The position numbers and the translations under genes were made by a program. A model generated the notes under the pieces. That model had not been told where the DNA came from. It searched no databases and was given only the letters and a program-made list of their open reading frames with translations. A DNA stretch of 64,000 nt, taken from positions 12,428,468 through 12,492,467 of the forward strand of contig CAVNZM010000004.1 of NCBI GenBank assembly GCA_963693365.1. Direction: 5' to 3'. Within the stretch, counting starts at the first letter, position 1. Each line of letters opens with the position of its first letter. Positions 1-18,139 of this stretch are shown one piece after another. This DNA comes from Amoebidium appalachense. Taxonomy: Eukaryota > Protista > Ichthyosporea.

Positions 1-123
1 GCCTTCGGGACTTAATTCTTTTCAGCTGGTGTAGTATGTTAGCCAGGGAAGTATCGACTTAGGTATCGACGGGGGAGCTTCCTAGAAGCCCCGTCTCCTG
101 AGTTCCTATCTATATTTTTCTTG

Positions 124-417
124 CTTCTGCTTACTGCTGCAACTTTAACCCCCGGCCTTTCCCACTGCCCTTGCCTGCATAAGCAACCCTGCTCGTCTCT
201 GATCAAGACGGGTGACCTACTCATGTTCAAGTGAAACAGTATCTGAGTTGGGTTTCGTTGACGAGGGGAATAGGTCGAAACTCGGGTACTGTGGATGACG
301 TGGGCCCCCCCTGAGGATGGGCTCTGCTTATTATGCATACTCTTTATGTATGGCTTGCATTCTGCATCGTGTTATCCGTTTGTTCTTGTGTACTTCGTAC
401 TTTTTGACGCATTCAAA
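124..417 (+). mobile_element. Dispersed intronic repeat family, long copy A (SINE- or LINE-3'-end-like)
   Basis: About 290 nt nearly identical to 14185-14477; ends ...gtacttcgtactttttgacgcattcaaa followed by a poly-C run. Confidence 0.8.
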
Positions 418-472
418 ACCCCCCCCTCCCCCCCCCCCCCCCCCCCCACCACCACCATCACCACCACCACCA

Positions 473-529
<57 letters not shown>

Positions 530-681
530 ACCACCACCCAGCCACCCTTCTCTTTCCGTTCCCTCGGGTTCTATCCCCGTTGCCCCTTTGACCCATGAGT
601 ATATGTTCGTGGCCGCATTGCACTTTGTCCGACACATTTCATTTCTCACATGCATGTTTCCCCCTTCTCGTTCGTTTTCAA

Positions 682-712
<31 letters not shown>

Positions 713-757
713 AATAATAAATAAATAAATAAATAAAATAAAAAATAAAGAAAAAAA

Positions 758-891
758 CGGGTACTGTGGATGACTTTGGCCCCCACTGACGATGGCTTCT
801 GTTCATTATGCATGCTTGTTATGTATGCTGTGCACTCTATATTGTGTTGTCCGTCACGAATGTGTATTTCGTACTCTATAACACGTTCTAA
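758..891 (+). mobile_element. Diverged, 5'-truncated copy of the same repeat family
   Basis: cgggtactgtggatgac...cccactgacgatggcttctgttcattatgcatgc...gtatttcgtactc aligns to 284-417. Confidence 0.7.
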
Positions 892-948
892 CTCCCCCTC
901 CACACATACACATAGACATACTCACCCGCGCGCGCGCCTCTCTCTCTC

Positions 949-989
<41 letters not shown>

Positions 990-998
990 TCTCTCTCT

Positions 999-1073
<75 letters not shown>

Positions 1074-1133
1074 CCCCCCTCTCTCTCCCCCTCTCCCCCC
1101 CCCCCCTCTCTCTCTCTTTCTCTCCCTCTCCAG

Positions 1134-2165
1134 GTATGACGAGTGGATTGATGAGACGCAGATATACCACGAAGACCCCAACGAGACGCTCCTAACAAAG
1201 GGCAAGAAGAGGCCCCACAGCTCCGAAGTCATCACCCTCCCCTCTGCCGACGAAGGCAACCAGAAACGAATTCGTTTGGAGGAAACAAACACCCCGGAAC
1301 CGGATCCTGAGGCCAACCCGGAGCCGGAACAGGAACCTGAACCGAAAAAAGAAACGGAAACTAAACCGGCACTGGAGGAGAAAGAAAGTGGAGAAGTGGA
1401 GAAACCCCCACTGGACACGGAAATGGAAGTCGAAAAAGACGATTCGCCTGAAGAAACCCCACCGTCACCGTCGCCACCACCGCCATCACCACCACCCGCG
1501 CCGCCCAAGGTTAGCCATAAGAAAGGTGCAAGTGGAATTCACAAGAAGGGGGCAAGTCACAAGAAAGGGGCAAGTCATAAAAAGGGGGCCAGTCATAAGA
1601 AGGGGGAGAGTCATAAGAAGGGAGCAAGTCACAAGAAAAAGGTTCCGGAGTCGGCGACGGAGGGAGATAGTGGGGATGGTGGGGGCCAGTTGCCACCGGA
1701 CAAGGCGGAGGGCCATTTGGAGGTGCCGCATGTGGAGGGAGGGAGGAAACGAACACACTCTGAGTCATCTGCAGGCGCCACGTTAATGACGGGGGAACGA
1801 CGGAAAACACGGAGCCAGAGGGAGGAGGGGGCAGAGGAGGAAAGCACGGACATGGGGCAGGTGGAGGTGGAGGGGGCGGAGGAGAGTGTGACGGAGGGTG
1901 GGGAGGAGGATCAGCCAAGGAAGAGGCAGAGACGGCCTTCACTCTGGGCCGTGGATGATGTTGCTAGAAGGCCGGACGAGCAAGAGGGTGGGCTGCCAGT
2001 CTGTGTCACACGCAGTCGCTCACACACACACACACTCTATCTATCTCTCCCTCCTCCCCCCCTCTGTCTTGCTCTCTCCCACTACCTTGGCTCCCTCCCT
2101 CCCTCTCTCTCCCTCGTGCTCGCTCGCACACACAGAATGGCTCAGTCTCCCCCAACTCCCCACCA

Positions 2166-2224
<59 letters not shown>

Positions 2225-3582
2225 ACCTCCACCACCCTCTGGGTTCTGTCATTGCCGGTCTTTTCTGTGCAAGCCCTTGGAACATCGGTGCATCGATTTT
2301 TTTTTATTTATTTATTTATTTTTTTGGTGTGTGTGTGAGTAAGGGGGGCCGGGGGGGGGGGGGGGGGGGGGGGGGGGATTGGCATTACTGGTGCTGCATC
2401 TTGCCGTGTATCCAGTTTCTTGGTCTTCGAGGCTGTCCGTTGTCCTGCAACCTTGTTTTATTTTCGGCTAATCAGTCATCTGTGTCCGCTGGCATCTCCC
2501 TGCTTTTTCCCCAAAGTCCCCAACCCTCACCAATGGCTGACTGACACATCTCTGCTGTAGGGCCGCAACCCGGTCTGGACGCAAAGTCCCCAGCCGTTTC
2601 CGAGATTTCTTCATCGGCCAAGAGCCCAGCCAGCCCGTCGGTCAACCCACTGCAGCGCACCACTCGCCTGGCGTCCAATCGTTTCTTGACCCAACCGGCG
2701 ATGTCGGAAAAGTCGCCATCGCCCACGACTGGTGATGCTCACCCATCCCCTCGCCCTGCTCGCCACACCCGTGCCCAACCGGCCCCAGCCGAGGGTGCTA
2801 CCGAGGCAAATCCTGTGCCCGTGCATTCCCCCAAAGACGCACAATCGCACCCGGCCCCAGCAAGGCTCAACAAGCGAAACTCGGAGCATCTATCTGTTGT
2901 CGATGAGAAACAGCAACCCCACCCGCGCCGGGAACGCAAGATCTCTGAAAGCCGCGACAGGAAAGTGTCTGAGAGTTTGGACGTGTTTGAGGCACCATCG
3001 TCTCCTGCTCTCTCCAATGAAAGTGGGGGCACACCACGATCACCGCGCAAACCCACACGCAAGATTAGTGGGTTGGGTGCGGTTAGCAGTGTCGGTGAGA
3101 TGAAGTCGCCACTCCTGGGGGCACCCCCACATGCGTCCCCACGTCCACCTGGGCCGGACAAGAGGAAACGGCTGGATGGGAATGGCGCAGGGGCACACAG
3201 AAAGCAGTCGGACAAGCAAAAGGTGTGTTCGCTTCGTTTTCTTTTATTGTGTCATGCCAACATGTGCATCCGTGAAAGCAGACACGCCTGCGCTTGATGT
3301 TGCTGAAACATTGACCTCTTCGTCTTTTCCATTATTCGTGCTATACCGTTTCACCAAGGAAATGTATTTCTTCCACTTGGGAAGGTGTAGGTCTTAAATG
3401 TTGTATCGACAGATCATAAAGCTATATGCTTGCATCGGTGTGTGTGCTGCATGCACATGTATGTGTGCATGTATTGACCGGTGGCTGTGCAGGCGCCAAG
3501 GTGTGTGAAGGACGGCCTGTCGGGTGAGGAGCTTGACGTTGCAAACGGCCGCAATAGTCTTCAATTCCGTAAGACTCCGCCC

Positions 3583-3630
<48 letters not shown>

Positions 3631-4890
3631 ACACACACATACACATACACACACACCAAAAAAGGCCACCAGCACCACACATGCGGGGAAAAAAAAAAAA
3701 AAAAAAAAAAAAACCAGCACCACACAAACGGGTGGGGGGGGGGGGGGGGGGGGGGGGGGAGGGGGGATGAAACAAGAAGACGAAGAAGTAGGTACTTGTA
3801 TGTGAACACTATAGACGACAAGGCCCCGGCGCACAGAATAACCCTACAGAAGACTTCCCATGTGCACTGCCCACACACTGTTGTGTTCCAGGGAAGAGGG
3901 TGTCGGGGAGGAGGGTGTGTGTGTGGGGGGGGGGGGGGAGCACCCACTCTCGCTCTTCATGTTGCATGCTTATATTTCGATCCTTTCCTGTGTGTGCGCG
4001 CACACACACGCACACTTACTCACTGACACACACACACACACACACACAGTGCTATCACCGCCTACAGGCCTTCCCACGGGTGCGCCTGTGACGGAGCTTG
4101 AGCTGCGCATGCAGCAGCTACGGCAGCAATACCTGCAACATAAGGCCGAGCTGGCACGCCTGGACAAGCTCAAACGCATCAAGGCACGGGGGGGGGCACC
4201 CCCACACCCACTCGTCACCACATGCTCACGGCATGCACCATTCGGACGGGGGTGGAGGGGAGGGTGGGCTGTCAGACCATTCACCGCGCATCCACGAGGG
4301 AGTGAGCGACATGGAAATGACCCCTGAGCTGTACCCACATGGCGCAAGTGATGGGCACGGGTCCCATCTGCTCCACATTCCGTGCCGGGATGAGGTTAAG
4401 TCGGACACAGACATGTCGCCCAATGCATCCCCCCAGCCTGAGACGGGGGGGGGGTCCATGCCCCCCCACGTGTCTGGGCCTGATGCCGACCACAAAGGGA
4501 CTCTGTCCCCGAGTCTGCTGGCGGCCGTGGCTGCTGCAGTCGAGGCCTCCCCTGCCTCCCCACAGAGTGGTAGGTTGCATGAGCCCTCTCCCCCTCCCCC
4601 CCTTCCCCTCAAAAAAAAAACAAAAAAACAAAAAAAAAAAACCTCAATCACGCGAGCACGCTGCACAGACATGGGCTGCACCTTGGTTGCACATTAATTG
4701 AAGTGACACCCCTCTGGAAGTGAATAGCCATACAAGACGGCCTCACATCTTGGCCCATGAAAAAGGCACAATTTGGACAATGAATGTACACGGAAAGATA
4801 ATCATGTTTCCATCACTACCCTATCAGTGCTTCCAGCCTCTTATTAATGACTCTTTCTCTTGAGCATTTCTTGCTGGACACGTCCATTCC

Positions 4891-4921
<31 letters not shown>

Positions 4922-7033
4922 AAAAAAAGAAAAGAAAAAAAAAACATCACAAGATTACACACTCACCTACTTGCTCACTCGCACACACACACACACACAC
5001 ACACAGGTGCATCGTATGATCATGGAGCAAACATCCATGTTTCAGCCCACCCACCCGCGCCGGTTCATTTTGAGGCACCGACCGAGAGTGCCGCCCCCAT
5101 CAATGCAAACAGCAGTGCCCCCGCCGAACCCATGGATGTGGACACATCCCCATCAGTCCCCCCGGCACCTGTTGTTTCCGGCCACGACAGCAGTCCTGCC
5201 CGTGTGAGCGACGACAACCATAAAGCCCCCACGAATGAAGACCCCAACACCCAATTTGCGAATGACACGGCACTAACAGCACGGCATGCACCGGCACCCA
5301 CTGCCAAATATACGCCGCTCCAGGAAACCACTGTTCCTATCCCCCATGCCGACCACCACCCCAGACCCATACCTACACAAATTGTGGTCACTCTCGTCCC
5401 TTCTTCTGAGAACAGGCCCATTTCCAACCCTGTCCCGGCAGCGAAAACTGCTACACCTACATCTACCCATGCTTGCGAGCGCCATCCCTCACCCACACCC
5501 GTCCAGGAGGGTACCATCCATGCAACAGCCTCCGAGCACGCAACCACCACCGAATCCCCTTTGCCGACCCAAGAAAACCCCGCCAGTACCGCTTCTGCCG
5601 AACAGGCATCCCCGTGTGAACCGATGCAAACTGAGGAGACCATAGTGCCACCATTGGAGACGGTGAAAGCGTCCGAGCCGTCAGTGGCTCCTGAACCACA
5701 GCCAGACGAAACCACGCCATCGGTCAGCCGTGAAACCAACACGGTGCATGGGGATGCTGCAAGTGGCGAGAGAGTGGTGTCCACCGAAATCGAAACGCGG
5801 GAAATTGGTAACGAGCCAATCACCAGTGCACCACCACCACAAGAGGACAAGCAACCAGTAAGGGAGGATGTAGTTGTCCCACGGCCCCCTACTCCCGTGG
5901 AAATTGCTAACGTGACAACTGCCCCATCCCCACCACGTCAGATCGTCCAGGAACCGGTGACCCTGAGTGCACCAATCCCCGCAACCCCTGCAACCGTTGA
6001 AGACACGAAGAGCAATTCTGGGGGGTGGTCCCCTTCGATCGTCGATACTGCCGTCAACACCCACATCGATACCCCCTCGACCGATCTCCGGCCCCCCCAA
6101 CTACCCCCCGTGCCCCTGACTGGCTCTGAGGTCGATCTGGTCATGGCCGGTCTTGAGCACGAGCAATCAGTTGCTGCAAATTCGACCACACAGCAAGAAC
6201 CCCCTCGTGAACCCCCGAGGTTGGTGGCAAACCAGGATGAGTCCGTGCCAAATGTGGCCCAGCCTGCCGAGCAGCACCCTTTGTCGGCCGGGATTTCGGC
6301 TACCGCACGGGTAGCAGGAGGGGATGAGAACAATGGCCCTGTTCCTGTCAGCGAGAAATCAATCGCGCCGGCCAGCGAAGTTGAATTTTCGACCACCCCC
6401 AACCAACCCGCGCAAGTTCCCCCTTCACATGTTACCGAACCAAACCACCACAACACCATGGCGGCGGCGGCGGCGGCGACTGACGTGCCCAAATCCGAGG
6501 CAAACGGTACCACTACGACACCTGGCCTATCCCCCCCACCACCCAGTTCGCACGGTGTTAATCCCTCTAGCCCCAGTGCACAACACTCAAACACGGCCAC
6601 CACCACGTCCCCATCCTCCGACACACCTACAAAACGCGGGTCACTCGGAGACACCAAGGATGGTTTGGCGGGTAGTGCGGGACGAAACGTGAAAGCGGCA
6701 GCTGCACATTCCATTGCAATGGAGGAGTGCATGACGCTAGACATGGACGTCTTTAACGTGCTGGCCAGTATGGATCAGATGGAACTAGGGGAGGATTTCG
6801 GCGCTACACTCGAAGCAGTGCGCTTGGCCGGGTTGAGACAAGATCCGGATGAGGTCAACGCGGTGAACAATGTGAATGGGGGCGATGAAAGACCGGCGGA
6901 TGCTGGAAATGCCAAGGGTGTACCACGAGTGGAGAAGGGGTTGGTGGGGGTAGAGGAGGGGCCTGCGGATGGGGCAGGCCGGAGAGTGGATGGGGCTGGT
7001 GTGGATGTAGGGTCGGGAAGAATGTCTGTGTAA
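1134..7033 (+). CDS. ARID4: ARID4A/B (RBBP1/SAP180)-like chromatin protein, 3' part; 5' exons lie upstream of the window
   Basis: Exons about 1134-1987, 2561-3222, 3493-3568, 4050-4569 and 5007-7033, with GT-AG junctions in matching phase. The first exon starts (R)YDEWI, the end of a Tudor-knot/chromobarrel motif. Exon 4 encodes ELRMQQLRQQYLQHKAELARLDKLKRIK, resembling the ARID4 C-terminal helix (LQEKLQEIRKxYxSLKSEVAxIDRRRKR). One frame change is needed at the G9 run 4188-4196. The rest is low complexity. Confidence 0.7.
1516..1638 (+). repeat. Coding 18-nt tandem repeat encoding (HKKGAS)n, about 6-7 units
   Basis: Translation HKKGASGIHKKGASHKKGASHKKGASHKKGESHKKGASHKK, with synonymous variation between units. 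Confidence 0.9.
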
Positions 7034-7596
7034 TGTTTTGTTTGTGTACAGCTGTGATCATAGATTCTTGTGCTGGTGCGTGTACTTTTTTGTGTGTGTG
7101 AGGCGGGCGCCTGGGCGGTGGGCGCGGGGGGGGGGGGGGGGGGCAGGCTTGAATGATGTGCAGTAGCAGTATTGCACCCAATAATTTCACGAATGAATGA
7201 TAACCACCATGCAGGCGGTTTTTTTGTATAGGTTGAGGATCAAGAGGTTTTTTGGCTTCTTATTCTATATTTGGACAAAAGTACGTCGATAAGTACCAGC
7301 CCAGTTGACTTTGGTGTGGTGTTGCTATTTCTGGCCGTAATGCCTTGTGGTGTGACGTCATTGGTTAGAGGGTTAGAGACCTGGCATGGACCGTCATAAA
7401 CATATTATTGCCACCGCAGCGGTGGTGTTTTAAGGCTATCCTGTGGGAGGCAACAATACTATTGGAGTTGGCAGGGCTGAATATGTGCAAGTCGTACTGT
7501 AGCCTTACCGTGTCCGGGCTCACCCTTTAGAATCAAGTTCACATAAAGAGAAGAATTGCATCAACCTGGACACTCAGTGCACGTGACGTGCCATTT

Positions 7597-7648
<52 letters not shown>

Positions 7649-8290
7649 ACGTACACGCACACGCACACACACGCACACCACCACCAACCCACTCATGGCG
7701 GTGACGCTTGACCCTACTATACACGAGACATGGCTATGTACGTATGCATGCCTGGCCCGTTCTCAACTGAGAATTCTTGCAACCCATGTGAGTTGGCCCA
7801 CATAGCAGTTGCACTAGTTCTCACGGCAAACAATCGATCATTGCTCAGAATTAGCCGCACTTCATGACACAAAGTCATCCTACTGTAAAACGTGCAGCAG
7901 GATTGGATCCCGTGTGTGCTGGACCACTTTCCTGGTACCGCACGCATGGTCCCATAGTGCCCAGTGGCACCGGTGGCGATGGTGAGAGTTTGCATCGCAA
8001 GAAAACACCTTTTCTCTCTCACACACTCTGTGACTATCTATCTCTGCCTTTCTTGGGGGAGGGGCATGGGAGGCGGGGGGAGGGGGGGAGAGAGGGGGAG
8101 GGGGATTCTTACTGTGGGGGGGGGAGGGGGGGGGGGGGGGGGAGCTGGGGCTCAGACTGAGTGAATCCTCCCCTACCCCTTCCCTCCCAATGCATTGCAT
8201 TAAAAATTTATTGGCCTCAAGACTTTAGATCGATCCAGGGGCTGGGGGGGGGGGGGGGGGGGGGGGGGGAGGGAGATGGAAGACTGGAGA

Positions 8291-8577
8291 AGGGCCCAAC
8301 CACATCGGCTGAGTCAACTTGCTCCGAGCAGTTTTATTCTGCAAAAGCAGAACATAATTCTGCAAGCAGCAGAATAAATCTGCAAAAAGCAGAAATAATA
8401 TTCTTAAAGCATCCTGCTAGAAGCAAAATTATTCTGCTAAAAGCAGAATAATGCTGCTTTTTGCGGAATTATATTCTGCTAATAACAGAATAATTGCAGA
8501 ATAATTGCAGAATAATTCCGCTTTTGCAGAAAAATTCTGCTTTATGCAAGTTGACTCTGCCGATATGGTTGGGGCCT
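8291..8577. mobile_element. MITE with about 31-bp terminal inverted repeats (PIF/Harbinger-like ends)
   Basis: Left end agggcccaaccacatcggctgagtcaacttgc and right end gcaagttgactctgccgatatggttggggcct are reverse complements with few mismatches. The interior is AT-rich, built from gcagaataa/ttctgc units in both orientations. Flanks aga/tga form an imperfect 3-bp TSD. Confidence 0.8.
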
Positions 8578-9089
8578 TGAAGAGCAAGGGACGGGGAGGT
8601 GGAGGGGATTGGGGGGAGGCGCCTCAGATGGATGAGGTGCCTTTCGGGGGGGGGGGGGGGGGGGGGGGGGGGACAGTGAGAGGATCAGTGTACTGTTACA
8701 CTTTTATTGACCGCAAGACTTTCAGATGCATCCGGCGTGGGGGGGAGGGGGGTTTAGAGAGAGTGAGAGGGAGGTAACCGTTAGACTGAGAGCAGGGGTC
8801 GGGGACAGGGGGAGGGGGGGAGGGGGGAGGGGGGGGGAAGGATAGATGCATGTGCCTGGGGGGAAGGGGGGGGGAGAGGGAGGGGGAGACAGTAAGAGGA
8901 TCAGGGCACCTTGTATTGGCCACAAGACTTGAAGATGTGTCCGGACCACCGGGGGAGGGGGGGCCGGGGGGGGGGGGGGGGGGAGGGGGGGGGGGGGGGG
9001 GGGGTAAGAAAGAGTGAGGGAGGTAATCGTACGACCGAAAGCAAAGGACGGGAGGGCAAAAGAGAGATACTCTAAGGGAGGGGTACGGT

Positions 9090-9151
<62 letters not shown>

Positions 9152-9216
9152 CACTGAACGACATGTGTTGCTCGTGCGAGTCGGCAACGGTGGCGTTGGT
9201 GGTGTCGGGGAAGGAG

Positions 9217-9486
9217 TCACCATATGCACTGGTTGTAGAATGGGTTATTCACTACGGCAGGGTCCAACTTGCAGAGCATCCAGTCACGCTCGAACTCATC
9301 CTCGGGCAGAATTTCATCAGACTGAAGGAAGCCCTCCGAGAAAATATCAGTCACCGTGGCTGGTGCTGCGGCATTGGTGGCAGCAGGGCGGATCATGTGC
9401 ATGCTGTGGGCAGATGCGGGGGTGGCGGCCAGCTGCTGAAGAGCCAGCAGGCCCAGTATCCTCCACGACAAACTGGTGCCGTTCAT
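9217..9486 (-). CDS. Small secreted protein or peptide precursor (89 aa)
   Basis: MNGTSLSWRILGLLALQQLAATPASA-HSMHMIRPAATNAAAPATVTDIFSEGFLQSDEILPEDEFER-DWMLCKLDPAVVNNPFYNQCIW*. It has a hydrophobic signal peptide ending A-S-A, coding-like composition with no microsatellites, and a minus-strand TATATAAG about 120 nt upstream. Confidence 0.65.
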   Translation of the reverse strand: MNGTSLSWRILGLLALQQLAATPASAHSMHMIRPAATNAAAPATVTDIFSEGFLQSDEILPEDEFERDWMLCKLDPAVVNNPFYNQCIW

Positions 9487-9604
9487 CTTCGTTCCTGTGC
9501 ACTGTCTGTTTTCGTTTAGCTGAGAGAACACGCGCGCGTGTCCATGCGTGTTCCAAAACGGCACTGACTTTGAGACTCAGTGGCAAATGCTGGTCATGCA
9601 GGGT

Positions 9605-9613
9605 GCTTATATA
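9605..9613 (-). promoter_or_regulatory. TATA-box candidate for the secreted-peptide gene
   Basis: The minus strand reads gTATATAAGc, about 120 nt upstream of the ATG at 9486. Confidence 0.4.
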
Positions 9614-11031
9614 CACCAAATATAATCTTGAACTTGGGCTATCTTGGCAATGATTCGGGAGTAAAATAGCCAATCGTAAGCTTAAATTCTTTAATAGCTT
9701 AACGAACATCCAATCAAAACCATGTTATAGTCAGGGTAGGGATTACGAAAAAAATCGTCGTAATTACGATTAACGAGAGACCCCGATACGAATAAGGTCA
9801 GGGTACCGTCGTAACAGCTTTCGTATCAGGTGTGTAGCATTATAAACGCTTGAATATGTGATTTTCCCTATTTTTTCAATATTTCTGTTCAAGAACAGCA
9901 CATTCCCCCCAAGAACATATCTACAGCGCTTCTCATGTGCAATATCGAGCCCCGATAAGTTTCCAGAGCTTGTAATCTTGCGGTTCTCAATCTGTAAAAA
10001 CACGTATTTTGAGTTTTGCGACTGGAGGGGCGTTTTTGGCGAGGCTTGCAGCTCCCCAAGAACCCACGATCAAGAAATTGTTCGTTACGATTGGCCAAAG
10101 GGCGATACGGTTAAGCTGGCGAACCCCAGCCCAACCCTGGTTATAGATAAGTTTGAAAAATTGAGTTCCTATCACACAGGGTTGGAATGACTGATCAGCC
10201 GGGAACTTGGCGCCAAGTCGGACTCTAAGATGTCTTACATTGTGGGGAGGGAGATTCGTTTACTGGTGCCTACTAACTTACATAAACTAATGATTAGCCT
10301 ATGTAAGGCTCAAAGCGCAGACACTTCTGGCTCGGTCTGTCCATCTGTCAAGATTCCGTGACACACCATTGTCTCCGAAAACAAGTAGCCTAGGGGTACC
10401 TATCAAAAGTTCAACCCCTGTAAACTGCTTCGTTGATTGGTCCCCTGAACCACAAAGGCATTTCACGATTTCACATCAACAAGTTACAAGTGGGACGTAG
10501 ATAGAATGATTATGCGTCTTTTCTTAGTTTTCTACTAATACCGTGACATAATGATACCAAGCCACTTACATATTGCTACTATAATTTCTGCCATCCATGA
10601 GTGGAAAAAAAGTGGCTGTTGAAGGCTGCCGGAAATAGGTTTGGGGCACCGTTGACCTAATTATGTACATGTTTTGGGTTGTTGCACACGCATAAGATCG
10701 TGATGGTTTGCGCAATCACTGTGACCAGTAGTTGCACATGTACGTGCAACTTGCAAGTGGGTGGTGCGATGAAGTGTCGTTTGTACATGTGTGCACGGTG
10801 TTCATACGAACATAGCATTGACTAACACAAGCAAGTATCAGCAGTCAATGGACTCAGAGTAAGTCGGTACTGTAACTTGTTACCAGCTGCAGGTTTCGAA
10901 CTGCGTCCTGACAGGCCAAAGCATCACCCGAAAACAGTCTAGTTACATCCGGGTTTCTTCTGCCACACAACTCAGTCACTTCGTACAAACACACACACAC
11001 AGCCACCCGTCTACATATTCGAGCGTATACC

Positions 11032-18139
<7,108 letters not shown>

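Noticed and set aside
236-335. Hammerhead ribozyme in the intronic repeat (GAAAC-TCGG-GTA followed by CTGAGGA)
   Set aside because: Core-like words are present, but stems I and II cannot be formed in any of the three topologies. The region pairs better as a simple 14-bp hairpin.
5065-6744. Minus-strand ORFs of 261 and 268 aa
   Set aside because: They are antisense shadows of the long Pro/Thr/Ala-rich ARID4-like last exon.
10660-10800. p53-like or palindromic TACATGT clusters in promoter regions (also about 33225 and 42565)
   Set aside because: They do not fit RRRCWWGYYY dimers. Alternating purine-pyrimidine words are abundant throughout this sequence, so enrichment cannot be claimed by eye.
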